Counted from the stretch's first letter, positions 14,849 to 27,626 are shown. The stretch: DNA of 64,000 nt from Rhizodiscina lignyota (GCA_010015805.1 ML978127.1:62001-126000), one strand, 5' to 3'. Numbers and translations are program-made. The notes: a model not told the origin generated them from the letters alone.

Positions 14849-15940
14849 GTTGTGCTTTCCGTGGTCTTCGCAGGAAGTTCACAGGTCGTCAAAGAAATGC
14901 GGGTGGAGGTGGGTGCATGTCCGCCTTTGACGGCGGGATGAGGTCAGCCCTGCTCGGAAGTGTCCCGGCTTCCAGTTATTAGCAGCAGGGGTAGGTGTGT
15001 ATGGCAGGGATCGATATTTAAGGGCCGGGATCTCCTTTCTCGCACAAACGGTACACCACTCCCAGAGTTAGCATCGGAATAGGCTTCAGGAGGTTCTAAT
15101 TATGTTCCGGCTGCCCCGCCGTTGGTCGTTAAGTCACACAACCCGGTGGGCGTCAGCCCTGCAATTATCCGCGCTTCGAGCTGTCCCTGGAAGCGTGGTG
15201 TTGATACTGCAGCAACGCAGTCCAGAGCCATTCAGACAGTTTGTTGTGAGCAGTGCGAGTAACTGGGCATTGACCACCTCACGCGGAGAAATGTTCGCCT
15301 TTCTTTGGGGCGTGGGCGGGCTCAACTTGAAACAAACAGTTGAAACAAGCGTGAAAGAGCGGAAAGCATGCTGCAGCGCCAATCTCCAATCTCGCATTAG
15401 CGCGTTGTGCCACACAAGGTTCGCGACTTTCTGCCATCATACTTACCACCTCACCCTTTCCTGTACACCTTCTTGCTGTCGAATAGTTTCTTTCATCCCA
15501 GCCTCCTCCTGTCCTTGCCCTCTGCCAGTACTCTTTACTCGTGTTAGCATTTGCGCCTGAGCGGAACCTCTTCGAGCACTAACGACGCGACGCCGCTTCC
15601 TTCTACACGCCTCTGCACCACAGCACCTGACCATCCACGATGAACTGATCTCTGTGCTCCTGATTGAGATTACGGAAGTTGTACTGGGCGCACTTGAGGC
15701 TAAACCGTTCTTTCATTTGTTCCCATTGGTAAGAACACCTCTGATTTTTCCTTGTTTGCATCGTACTCTGTCCGCGTCGATGACTTCAACACCATTCCTA
15801 CGACACTAAACCCGGAGAACCTGTTCGCCCCGTATCGGCTATCTTTTCACTGGATTACTGGAGTTTGGACAGCGCGTCATTCGCTTTCGTCGCTTCCATC
15901 TGTGACGAGAGGCAAAAAAGCTACAGCAAATAGCCTCCCG

Positions 15941-17404
15941 ATGGACCCCACTCTCCATGGCTTTCTTAGCTCCCTCCGCAATCTCTTCTTCCTCTCCCTC
16001 CTAGAAGCCCCCGCAGCTGTTATCCTCTTCGGTGCTGGCATCATTCTCGTTTGGATCAATATCTTCCTCTGGTTTCTCGGACATGTTGCGGCGATCATCA
16101 GAACACTGTACAGAGTCCACGTCATGTCCAAGGCTGTCGCGCAACAGTGGCAGCTTCAAATCATTGCCTGGTTGCAGGCTGTGGGAATTCCGATGCTCTT
16201 CGCAGATCTTGGGGTCGACCTTGACCTCCCTAAGTTAGATCTATCCTCGATAGACCTCTCGAACCTTGGATTACCCAAGCTGGATTTACCCAAGCTCGAA
16301 TTGCCCCAGTTAGAGCTCCCCAAGGTCGATCTGCCGGAAATCGATATTCCTCAGCTTGAAGTACCTGAATTAGACATACCAGGAGTTGAGCTTCCTAAGT
16401 TCGAGCTTCCGCTGCTTCAGCTGCCACCAAAGCCAATGCCTCTGCCTACGCCACAGGACGAGGTACCAGAATTCAAATTCCCTCCTGTACAACTTCCTCA
16501 GCTCCAGCTTCCACAGTTGCAGTCAACACTGAATCCGCAGCAGCCCGACGAACAACAAGTCGAGCCACCTAATATACAGTCAAATATCGAAATCGATCCA
16601 CTGGAAGGCCAGAGTTCCTTGGACGATGTTCGCAGCCTGGTCGAGACAAAGTTCGGTGAAGTTCAAGAACTCTTGAAGGAAGTACAGCGTAGATTGTCCA
16701 TACAACCTTCGGAACCGCCTGGCGGAGATACTACATCTGTGCCAGAGGGGGGAGAGGCTGCCGACGAGCCGCCTCCTGAAATTGCATCAATTGCAGACTC
16801 AACGCAAACTACTTCCGCAGAAGTCACAAAGCCTCCGGTCAGCGGGCCAGCCCCTAAATCGAAATTTACCACCAATCCCAAGCTCGATGCAACTGCAACA
16901 GTAAGCTCAAACGAGCCTTCGGTCGAGATAGCAGCTCCTGACGAGGGGAAGACTTCTGTGCGGGATGCTAGCGCGGAAGACAGGAAGAAATCTACCGCCG
17001 ATGTAGCAGCAAGCACCTCGCAAACATCCAAGATGCCTGTCCAGGCGAAAAGGCCCACAGTAGCAATCGCATCTCCTGCGGTCGACTCCGGCAAAGGAAC
17101 AGCCGAAACTCCTAAGGCCCCTATTGAAATCAAACAGCCTACTGTACCAGCGCAGAAACCACCTGTCGTTCCAACAGCTACAGTGAGCGCCGCCATTCCA
17201 GCCGCATCTAGCAATCCACCGGCAGCTGCAGCATCAGCGGCCAGCGGAACGAGGCCCACTACACCTGCCATTCCCGCTGCAACGGGACAGAAAATTTCAA
17301 TACCTGTTCCAATACCTGTTCCGAATCCAGCTTCAATTGTTGCAGCCGCCCAACGGTCCGTACAGGCCGCTACTCCAGCTCGGCAACCAGCTGTCCGCAA
17401 ATGA
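15941..17404 (+). CDS. Hypothetical membrane-anchored low-complexity protein with [LVI][DEQ][LIV]P[KQE] pentapeptide repeats
   Basis: Long stop-free ORF with N-terminal hydrophobic segments, a run of ~14 pentapeptide repeats and a Pro/Ala/Thr-rich tail. Confidence 0.65.
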   Translation: MDPTLHGFLSSLRNLFFLSLLEAPAAVILFGAGIILVWINIFLWFLGHVAAIIRTLYRVHVMSKAVAQQWQLQIIAWLQAVGIPMLFADLGVDLDLPKLDLSSIDLSNLGLPKLDLPKLELPQLELPKVDLPEIDIPQLEVPELDIPGVELPKFELPLLQLPPKPMPLPTPQDEVPEFKFPPVQLPQLQLPQLQSTLNPQQPDEQQVEPPNIQSNIEIDPLEGQSSLDDVRSLVETKFGEVQELLKEVQRRLSIQPSEPPGGDTTSVPEGGEAADEPPPEIASIADSTQTTSAEVTKPPVSGPAPKSKFTTNPKLDATATVSSNEPSVEIAAPDEGKTSVRDASAEDRKKSTADVAASTSQTSKMPVQAKRPTVAIASPAVDSGKGTAETPKAPIEIKQPTVPAQKPPVVPTATVSAAIPAASSNPPAAAASAASGTRPTTPAIPAATGQKISIPVPIPVPNPASIVAAAQRSVQAATPARQPAVRK

Positions 17405-17529
17405 TTCCAGGAGTGTCCGCAGTTGTTTTCTCGTTCACACTACTTAGTTCTCGGTAAAACTTGCTGACTCTTAATCGAATAGTAAACTATAACCGTCACA
17501 ATATCTTCTAATTCCCCTCGAAAATCAAC

Positions 17530-19535
17530 ATGTGGAAACGATTGAATTTTGCGAATCGGACAAAGGAAGCGTTCGCTGAAGCATCGCCGGCTGAACGTTC
17601 CGATGATGCCTTCAATGCTCGTCCGTACCGACTGGAACCGTTCGATTTGTGAGCCTGACTCTGGTAATGATTAATGGAAATAGTCAACTAACCATTTCAA
17701 AGCCGCGCTGTTCCTCACATGGCAAACCCTAATTCGGAAGACGCTAAACATCCATCCGGGGTCCCTACGATAGCAGCATCTTCCGTCTACTCTCAACCGA
17801 CAGCCTACAGCCCTAACCCGAGAGCCACATTAGCTGCACCATGGCACGATGAGTACCACGAGGACATCTCTCCCCCGAGCACTGCAGGACGAGAAATCCA
17901 TGGCGATGGAAGAGTTTCACCGATCGATGAACATCCACTTCCAACTACTCAGCCCGAACGCCCCAGTCCGAGATACACAAGTCAAATACCCAGACCACAA
18001 CAGGCTAGCTCAGGTGCGTCCCTAATTTTATTATAGTTTCAGTTTTCTTTGCTTAGCACGGGGATTGCACTTTTTCTTTGGAGGGCTATGCTAAGCATTC
18101 TACTAGGCACAAGATGGGACACGTACTCTGGCGAACCGACCAGCAATGCATCCGGAAAGACTGGCCAAGTCACCCCTGGCAACCCGCCCTATAATTCCAA
18201 CGACAATGAAAACATTCCTCCTGGCAATAGCAGCTTCGCGGATCAACTGCAGAAGAGAAATTCTCTGACGGAGCGTGCGTCTCGCTTTGCGCCGAAGAAA
18301 TTCGCCAAAAGTATAAAGCCTCAGGAACCATGGAGTCGCGCGATCGGCAGGACAAATTTTGTTGACCCGGTCAATGATACGCCTCAGGAACAGCGGATCG
18401 CTATCCCACCGCGAAACCCGAAGAGGACAAATGCAACTATTAGTCCTGTAGAAAGTCCCGAAAACGGTGAGACCCTTCTTGTTTCATACACGCATGAGCC
18501 ACTCTTTATGCGACCGGCAACCTGGAACGTCTGCATATGCAGTGTTCCCGGTGCACGTCCGCGCGGAAGCCCCACGTCACTGTCACTGCTATCACGGTAC
18601 CATATCAAACACTGACGCCCACTGTAGATAATTATGCATCGCGTAGTATTGGCGACGATTCCAATTTCGCTAGTAGACGCGACAACGAGGACACTCTTGC
18701 TGCGCTGACGGCTAGGCGTGTTAGTGACGTGGACGACAAGGAGCACCCTGTTAGCCGCTTCAGTTGGTCAACGCATGCTACTGGCACAACACACCGCACA
18801 TCGGGAGGTCACGATAGCACTTACGACGACCCAAGTACGCCGCCTCCAATGCCTCTGAACATGTCGATATTCAGAAAGAGCGTTGGCTCGAAGAATCCAG
18901 ACTCGCCGTCTCCCAGCCCGAGCACACAGAGAAAGCAGCTCCCAACGCCAAAGCAGGATAGCATCCTGGACAGAAAACGACCAATTCCTAGAGAGGATCT
19001 AGCTACTGAACCGCTAGTTGAACCTGCTCCATCCATCAAGTCCTCAACCTCAACTGCGCGAAAGCCTGTTGGTTTTCCGAAAGGCCTGGGCATCTCCACC
19101 GCCCCTGGCGTAAAGCATACTAATTCTATCTACGATTCATCTTCCACCCACTCTAAGACTTCATCCAAGGAGCCACGAACCAAGGCTCTCCCACCTGCTC
19201 CACGTATCCTTGACTCCACGAAGAACGGCCCAGTCGACCATGTCGACGAGCTGCGCGCCCAACTCGACGACCTTTCGTTGCGGCGCACTAATATCAACAC
19301 CGCGATCCATAATCTCACCAGAGCGCAAGCACGGAATCAGAATCCGATGGTAACGGATTGGCGCGCAGCGAGGGCGGCTGAGAGGAAGGTGCAAGCTTTG
19401 AGAGATGAGTTGGCCGAGATCAACAGGGAGGAGCATGATGTGGGTTTGAGGCTGCATCGCGCGTACAAGAGGAGGGAGCGACAAGGTGATTGGGAGGGAA
19501 CGAGTGCGCTGTGGGTTAGGAGAGTAACCAATTGA
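17530..19535 (+). CDS. Hypothetical Ser/Pro-rich protein with C-terminal coiled coil
   Basis: Four joinable exons with GT-AG introns (~17649-17702, ~18013-18107, ~18468-18542). C-terminal coiled coil ending LHRAYKRRE..LWVRRVTN. Confidence 0.7.
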
Positions 19536-19970
19536 GGGCTCGTGGAAGTGGAGTATCTTGGGCAAGGACAGCATTCTCATGGTGTTTCGTATGGAGTAGG
19601 ACGAAGACTGGCTGCTGGACAAGCTTGCACATTCCAAATGGAGATTGGTCTTGTGGGTCAGGCTGGTATTAGAAGGCTGGTTGCATTACTTTTCTTTGGG
19701 TAGAGTGAGGATCAGGGATCTCGCTCGTCTTCTTTTCTTCTTGATCGTGTCACTTTGAGTGGCTTCTTGGCAGCGACCTGTATGATAATGCTCAAAGATT
19801 CACGGCTACCACGGCAAACAAGGGGAAATATTATTATCCAATAACTTGATCGTTCGCTGTCATGCTTCGTCTATGTCGTGGTATCGGCCGTATCACCCTG
19901 ACAATAATCCCCGGCTCCTGGCAGAATATCCCGCTCGTGGCTTGATCGGAAAACATGGCAACGAATCCCT

Positions 19971-20408
19971 TCATTTCTTCCCAGACTTCTTGATGCCCTG
20001 CTGGCCAGTGTTGAGAGGGCCCTTCTTGCCGGACAGTTTGGAGGCCATGTCGGCTGCCGCTTTCTTGTCTATGATAAACCGAAACCATCAGCCTTCCTCC
20101 CCCTCAAACTTGATGTGTGGAATGGAGCGGTAGAGGGGATGGGGTGGGGTGACATTGCGTACCAGCCTGCTGCTTTGCCTTGAAGGCCTTGTCATCTTCA
20201 TCCTCGTCGGTCTTGGCCTTCTTCGGCTTCTTGTTGTGAATGGGGTTCGTGCCGGCTATGCTGATATGTTAGTGATGTGCGCGTAATGGAAGGCGAATGC
20301 TGGCGGTCTGGAGTCGGAGCGGGGTATTTGATGTAGGCATAGCGGTGGAAGGACGAGTAGAGACGAGAAATGGGAGCAGAAAGACATACTTCCTTGACCT
20401 GATGGCAT
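19971..20408 (-). CDS. TMA7: Translation machinery-associated protein 7 (not in the ORF track)
   Basis: Three exons splice to MPSGQGTGTNPIHNKKPKKAKTDEDEDDKAFKAKQQADKKAAADMASKLSGKKGPLNTGQQGIKKSGKK*. The GIKKSGKK C-terminus is the TMA7 hallmark. Confidence 0.9.
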
Positions 20409-20829
20409 CTTGTCGACGGTTTCGGGGTACAGATGAGGGGGATGAAGAGCGTTTGAAGAGGTGGTTAATGAGGCTCTGAGAGATCTGCGGCGGCTGGCTG
20501 GCGGGGAGAAAATGCAGGGTCTGGACTTCAGGTTTCGCTATCCCTAATCGGGACTAGTCAAGTATCGTCAAGTCGTCGTGACACTACAAATGAGACAGGG
20601 ACGAGTTCTCCGTTACATACTCCGTATCTTAGGAGTCATATCGTTTAGAGACGTATCTACGTAGATGATGCTGCTCATTGGAAGACCGTCATGCTTTGCA
20701 TTGGGCCCTTTTTATGATTATTACGGATAGATGAACAGTTTCTTTCTCTCCTATGCTCCTGCCTCTTCATGAACGTTCCAAATTAGTTCTTCATAATCTG
20801 AGTGAAGACTACCACATATACCTCTCGCC

Positions 20830-21561
20830 ATGGAGAACCCACCTGGAGACATGAAAGTACATGAGCACTTCATGCGTGAAGCGATCGCTATGGTGAGTAT
20901 ACTAGTCCCATCATATCCACAGCCCGTTCATTGACGAGTCCCCAAGGCTGAACTCGCCCTCTCAAATGACGAGACACCTGTTGGTTGTGTCTTCGTCCAC
21001 AACGGCGAGATTATTGGCAGAGGCATGAACGAGACGAACAAGAGCTTGAATGGAACGCGACATGCCGAATTCGTGGCCATTGCGCAGATTCTTTCAGAGC
21101 ATCCGGCGAGCATTTTCAAAGAGACGGACTTGTATGTCACCGTGGAGCCGTGCGTAATGTGTGCTTCGGCACTCCGCCAGTACGGCATTCGTGCTGTATA
21201 TTTTGGGTGCTGGAATGATCGTTTCGGAGGAACCGGGGGAGTCTTGAAAATCCATGAAGGGTCAGCAAATCGCACCAACATTAATATCTCCTTCTACAAT
21301 AGGGAAGCTAATTACATTCGAACTGCAGACCCGGCGTAGATCCTCCATACCCTGTTTACGGAGGCATCTTCAGAGAGGAAGCCATCATGCTCCTGCGGCG
21401 TTTCTATGTACAGGAAAATGAGAAAGGTATCTCTCACAGAGACATTTCTGTGTTTATGGAGTGCTGATGATCACCAAGCTCCTGATCCGAAGCATAAGAA
21501 GAACCGCGAGTTGAAAATGGACATCTTGCCGCTAGCAGTTGAGAAGGACCAGGAAACTTGA
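20830..21561 (+). CDS. TAD2: tRNA-specific adenosine-34 deaminase catalytic subunit
   Basis: Four exons; ETPVGCV, NGTRHAE, LYVTVEPCVMC, NDRFGGTG and LLRRFYVQENEKAP motifs. Confidence 0.93.
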
Positions 21562-21846
21562 TCATGGCGGTTAACCTGTCATTCACAAGAACCGCGCGTG
21601 CCTGCTGCAGGCATTTCCACCCATTGAAATATTTCTCCTTCCACACTCCTCAATACCCAACAGCTCCATTTCTTCTACACTGTTGTTCGAGATTATCCCA
21701 CGAACGAAATAACCAATAATTTCTTCGCCAATTCCCCCACACACTTCTCCTCGTGGAACTTGTGAAGTAAGCTGCTCTCGAACTTCCATACTCTGCACAC
21801 ATCTTCTAACACCAGTTTACCAGATTTTCTTTCTGGCCATCGGAAC

Positions 21847-23445
21847 ATGGATTGCGAGCAAGGGGTTTTACTAGGCCAAGTGACTTCAGGAGACTCTCCA
21901 CCCGAGCCTGTCATACCCGCCAGCACAAGCGATCCAAAAGCAGCGAATGCTCAATGGGTTTCAAGTGCAACTTTCAATGACTTGCCGAACGAGCTCCTCT
22001 CAAGCATCGCATCTTTCATTAAGCTTCCATGCTCGATCACGTCCGAGGGCACCCACCAAACGAACTCTGACCTCAGCAAGCTCTTGTCTGCGCGACTCTT
22101 GTCACGCTGTGTCGCGAAAATCGGCGGAGAAGTCCTTCGACATAACTTCACCCAGGTCTACCTCCATCCTTCACCGAAGTCTATTACGAATTTCAAACTC
22201 ATCTGCGAGCACACAGTTTTTAGACCGGCCATAGAGGAGATTGTCCTTCTCGGTGCTAGGTGGGATGGCGTCTATGTAGTTTGGCCCCCATGCACCTCGG
22301 AAGCCGAATCACTATCTATAGCCGACTTGGAGGCTTTGGGTAGAGAGCACGCCATTGCTGAACTCGACCTACAAAGTTATCTAAAAGATGCCGTCGCATC
22401 TTTGCCTAAGTTACGGAGTATACGCTATAAGCATACATTCTTCGGCGAGCAACAGGGTTTCAACATGACAGGACCTTGGGGCAGAGCCTCCGTGCACAAC
22501 CGTGCTTGGGCTGGTTGGCCTATCCTCCTCGATAAATTTCGCTGTCAGCTTGCAGTTTTCCCAGCACTTGTATACGCCCTTTCGTCTAAGAATCGCTGGT
22601 CTCTGGAGCTCTTTCTAGGCACAGAGTGCGATCCTTTCGAAGGAAACGCTATTCTGGAAAACGCATCCGAGGAGCGCTGGAAGCACTACTCCAATGTATT
22701 CGATGCATTCGAAGGAGTCACCATAAAGTTCGAGCACGACTCCAACCGATATCCCCCAAATATCGTGCTCAATGAGCTTTTGAAGGCATCCGGTCTCTCA
22801 CGTATTAGCCTATCCAGTCCCAGACCTCCCAAAGACCTCAATGCAATGCTCCGGGAGGCAAATTGGGCACGACTGCGAAAGCTTGAATTGATCGACATTG
22901 CAATCACCCTGGAGTTACTGGATTTGTTTCTGGAGCGGCATGCTGACACTTTGCGGGATCTGACCCTGAAAATGGCCATAGGGAATTCGATACATGACTT
23001 ACCGCATGACGGTATCATGCCATGGGTGCGGTCGTTAACGAAAATGCGCCACTGTCTTCACCTCGAGCGGGTATATGTGACGCTTGTCGATACAGGACAT
23101 GACATCAACAAGATCTGTCGAATACTGGAGCCTCGCTGTAAAACTTGCTGGCGAATCCGCGATTTGAGTTGGTTCGTCAGCTATAATCAGAGTATCATTC
23201 AGCGCTTTGTGTTTGGTCAGATACCCTGTGGTTGTTTTCGATGTAAGGGGGATGCTGGTTGGAAATTGGAAGGAGATGCTGATCTCGACTCAAACAAGTA
23301 CTTTAAGAGGACAGATGAGGATAGTGAAGGTGGTGAAGGTGGTGGTCTCTGCTCGGACATTTATTCCATTTGCCTCGATGAGTTAGACGATGAGGATGAG
23401 GATCGGGCATCAGTGTGTGGGTCTCATTTACCTGCCGCCGATTAA
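21847..23445 (+). CDS. F-box-like domain protein, paralog of 12456-13928
   Basis: 532-aa intronless ORF; FNDLPNELLSSIASFI motif; shares AKIGxEV...VYxHPS...FKxICxHxxFxPxIxEIV with the upstream gene. Confidence 0.72.
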   Translation: MDCEQGVLLGQVTSGDSPPEPVIPASTSDPKAANAQWVSSATFNDLPNELLSSIASFIKLPCSITSEGTHQTNSDLSKLLSARLLSRCVAKIGGEVLRHNFTQVYLHPSPKSITNFKLICEHTVFRPAIEEIVLLGARWDGVYVVWPPCTSEAESLSIADLEALGREHAIAELDLQSYLKDAVASLPKLRSIRYKHTFFGEQQGFNMTGPWGRASVHNRAWAGWPILLDKFRCQLAVFPALVYALSSKNRWSLELFLGTECDPFEGNAILENASEERWKHYSNVFDAFEGVTIKFEHDSNRYPPNIVLNELLKASGLSRISLSSPRPPKDLNAMLREANWARLRKLELIDIAITLELLDLFLERHADTLRDLTLKMAIGNSIHDLPHDGIMPWVRSLTKMRHCLHLERVYVTLVDTGHDINKICRILEPRCKTCWRIRDLSWFVSYNQSIIQRFVFGQIPCGCFRCKGDAGWKLEGDADLDSNKYFKRTDEDSEGGEGGGLCSDIYSICLDELDDEDEDRASVCGSHLPAAD

Positions 23446-23977
23446 GCAAGCGGGTTTCATTTGTATCTTTGTGGGGCATTTTAAGATAGTCATAAGAACC
23501 ATTGGAAATATATGCATCTGTTGTTCCACTCATGGGATAGATTGTAAATACGGAGCACGTAATGCCAATATCGAAATGTAAAGCACCTACAATTTGGCTG
23601 GCATTACGAAAGAGGTAGTTTCCGGCGAGCGAACGAGGCCTCCAACGCCGCTCCTTTTCCGTGATAACGATAAGCAAATCTTCCAAGGCAGACTAGGTAA
23701 GCCTCTCCCTAATACCCTCGAATATGACTTTGCCGATGTGAAGAGGCTTCTTAGAATTACTAGGGGCAACTTTAATAGGGTGATTCCGTAGACTGTTCGC
23801 TCGCTGGAACTAGCTCCTTCGTAGCTCTATCTCGACAGCTTCCCCCCAACCTTATCAATCCTTTCAATCTCTGTAAGGTATTAGCTTCGCAGCGAGCGAA
23901 GCACAAGTGATCAAGTATCTCTCACTGGTTTGCAAAAACATACTCCTGTTTTAGAGAAGGCCTAGCAATCACTCAGA

Positions 23978-26124
23978 ATGAATCACGGACGTGGTGTCCC
24001 AGATTGGATCGGCTCAATTTGGAGGACAATCGCCCTGCTCTCCATTTTTCAGTGTGTCACATGCTGGCAATTTCTAAAATCGTCTCCCAACGTATATCAG
24101 CGTCCCTTGTCTTCTGAAAACATATCATGGCAGGAAGCTGCGGCTCGAAAACGACTGGAGACATACAACAAGATCCCTCAGCAATGGATCCTACCCGAAG
24201 ACGTTCTCGAGGCGGCCAAATCGCACCGCAAAATCACAGGATCGTTTATTGAGGCGCTATTAGACAATGAGACACTCAAAATCACAAGCTTGGACCCCGT
24301 GGACATTTTGGAGCATATTCGTAATCGATCGTTTACATCCGTTCAAGTCACTACAGCATTCTGCAAGCGCTCCGCGTATGGCCACCAACTCAACGAAAAC
24401 CTGCTCGAGATATTCTACGACCTCGCCTTGGACAACGCTAAAGAACTTGATGCATACCAAGCCTCCCACAACAGCACCATCGGCACCCTACATGGCCTCC
24501 CCGTCACGCTCAAAGACCAGTTCCATGTAAAAGGTGTAGAGACGACCATGGGCTACGTAGGCTGGATCGGCACGTTCGAAGGCCACAAAGGCACTGGCAA
24601 GGAACGCATCATCGAAAGCGAACTGGTGCGGGAACTTCGCAGTCTCGGTGCTGTACCAATTGCAAAGACGACACTGGCACAGGCGCTCGCCTCAGGTGAG
24701 ACGAGCAATAATATCCTCGGCTACACAAAGAATCCAGTCAACCAGGAGCTCTCATGCGGAGGCTCATCGGGCGGCGAAGGTGCCGTGCAGGCATTGAGAG
24801 GAAGCGCTGTGGGATTTGGGACAGATATTGGAGGCTCGGTGGTCGTGCCGTCAGCGTTTAATGGTGTGTATGGGTTCAAGCCTTCTGTGGGCAGAAACGC
24901 ATACAGAGATGCAGCGAATGCTGAACGAGGCCAAACCGTCGTCTCATCCGTTGTTGGAATATTGGGTCCGTCGCTGGCGTCATTGAAGCTGATGTTTAGA
25001 GCGTTAATGTCGACTGAGCCGTGGAGGTATGATCATGATATCGTGCCTATCCCATGGTATGAAGAACTGTATGAGCAAAGTGAAGATTCCGAAGCCGTCA
25101 CCAAGTTGTCTTTTGGCATCCTCGAGTCAGACGGCTCAGTGTCTCCCCATCCACCAATTCGGCGTGCTATGAAGATCGCCGCAAAGGTGTTGGAGAAGGA
25201 AGGACACAAGGTCAGCGTGTCGAATCAATGACAATTGCAGAGCTAATATGTGGACTCAGACCATCACCTGGGATCCACCTTCCCATGCAGAAGGCTACGA
25301 CATCCATGTAAGTGCAACGCGCCCAGCAGCATATTCCATAACCAGCTTCAATGTCAAGCGCAAAGGCATATGGCGACCTTCGGAGGCCAAACGAGCGGAC
25401 ATCGACAGAGACTACACTGGCTCCAATCAATCCACACGTTATTAACTAGATTAAAGTGCTGACCCCTGTTCCAGTACGGTTTCATGGATGCGGGCGGTTA
25501 CAACGACAGCTTCACGCAGCTCGCACTATCCGGCGAGCCTCCAGTCCGTGAGATGATGCAGGATATCGGATACAGAACGAAGACCCCGATGCCAATTCTG
25601 GAGTATTTCAACCTCACGATTCGCCTGAAGGACTATCGGAATCGATATGCGGATTACTGGAAATCGATGGGTGCCGACGCTGTGATTATGCCAGTGGCAC
25701 CGCACGCTGCTGTTCTTCCTGGAGGAAATTATTACACTTACGGTTTGTATGCTTTGATCAAACAGAGTGGGCAGATAGTAACGTTCCACAGCGTACAGCA
25801 GCATCATCGATGCCCTTAATTACTGTTCGATTGTTATCCCAGTTACTACAGCAGATCAGCGCGTTGATAAATTCGATGGCAAATATAAGCCACTGAATGA
25901 TATTGACAAGAAGAATTGGCAAGCGTGTAAGTAGATGGACGAACAGTCTTGAATGCTCATTTATCTAATGAAGCTGACTGTAAGCAGATGATCCAGATAT
26001 ATATGATGGCGCACCTGCTGCCGTTCAGGTAATTGGCCGGCGACTGGAAGAGCAGAGGCTGTTCAGAATCGCACGAGCTGTCGACGAAGCACTCAGACGC
26101 CATGGCAAGCTTTTCGGAGCTTAA
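23978..26124 (+). CDS. Amidase signature family enzyme (acetamidase/FAAH-like)
   Basis: LHGLPVTLKD (catalytic Lys), GGSSGGEGA, GFGTDIGGS. Multi-exon 3' part ends GAPAAVQVIGRRLEEQ...; stop at 26124. Confidence 0.9.
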
Positions 26125-26184
26125 TAGATTCCAGATCCTTGCCGTAGTGGAAATATCATCCAAGTCCAAATTCACAGATACCCT

Positions 26185-27626
26185 TCAACCTTCCTCTCGA
26201 TCCATCTCATCTCTTGCTCTCTTACCACCATGCCTCTGCCTCAGGCCTCCCCCTTTCCTGCCTTTCCCTTCTTGCATACTTCTCAGCTCCCTCATCGCGA
26301 CTCGTTGTGCTTCATCTACGCGTTCCTTCAGCATCATCGCTTCTTCCTTCATATCAGGCTCTTCTGACAGCTTTTTGCCAAGCGCATTCTCGATCCTCAG
26401 CCATACCTCGACGTCATACTGGCTGACCAGACTGACTGCCTTCCCGCTCTTACCCGCTCTTGCTGTACGCCCGACTCGGTGGACGTACGTCTTGCTATCC
26501 GGCGGGAGATCGTAGTTAATTACCGCATCTACAGATGGAATGTCCAAACCTCGAGCGGCCACATCTGTTGCAACAAGGACATCCCGACCTTTTGTTCGAA
26601 ACTTCGACAACGCACCAAGACGAGCAGATTGGCTGAGTTGGCCATGGAGAGGAATAGCCGATAACCCAAGCGTTCGCAGCAGTAGCGCTATCCGCTGCGC
26701 CTCAACTACCGTCCGTGTAAATACAATTGTCGAATGTCCCGTCAAATCCGTCAACATGTGAACCAGATACACATCCTTGTGCTTCAGCGGCAGAAATATG
26801 TAGCTCTGCAGCAGGGTCTTGACCGTCTGATGTTCATTGCTGCTTATCGACACTTTCGCGGGGTTCCTCAAACTTGCCCTCTGTAAATTTTCCACCTTCG
26901 ATGACATCGTCGCGGAGAAGAGGTATGTGTGGCGGTGTTCGCGTGGCAGAATTTTGAAGAGCTTATCGAGTTGGGGTCCAAAGTCAAGGTCAAGTAGGCG
27001 ATCTGCTTCGTCCATGACGAGGTACTGTAGGTTGCGGAGGGAGAAGCCTTTGGTTTTTTCGAGGTGGTCCATCAGTCGACCCGGTGTGGCTACTACTATC
27101 TGAGGCACCGTAAGCATTACAAATATGCAGAGTAAAGCATTGTTTGACGAACGTGTGGTTTCTTGCCCAATGCAACACTCTGAGGCATCATTTCAATTCC
27201 ACCGACGAGCACAGCGCATTTGACTGATATCAAGGATCCCAAAGCCTCGAACTGCTGTGATATCTGGTATGCCAGTTCTCTAGTTGGTGCTAGGACCAGT
27301 GCAAAGAATGCCAAGTTGCCTTTGTGATTGAGAAGTGCTTGTAGTATCGGCAATGCAAACGCCGCTGTCTTTCCTGACCCAGTCTCTGCAACGCCTATGA
27401 GGTCGCGTCCTTCGAGTGCAACTGGTATCGCTTCTGCTTGAATTGGAGTTGGATTCTTGTATCCCAGCGATTCGCAAGCTTCGCATAAGGAATCCATGAC
27501 TCCAAGGTCTGCAAAGCTCTTCTGTCCATTCTGTGGCGTCGACTCTGTGGCGGGGCTGGCGTCTTTCGTGGAGAGCGGTGAGATCGAGCTTTCGCCATTC
27601 AATTTCCGTTTCTTCGTTACAGACAT
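26185..27626 (-). CDS. RRP3: ATP-dependent rRNA DEAD-box helicase
   Basis: Q motif, [29 protein letters not shown] (one intron), [20 protein letters not shown]3-type C-terminus DEMDREEG. Confidence 0.92.
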
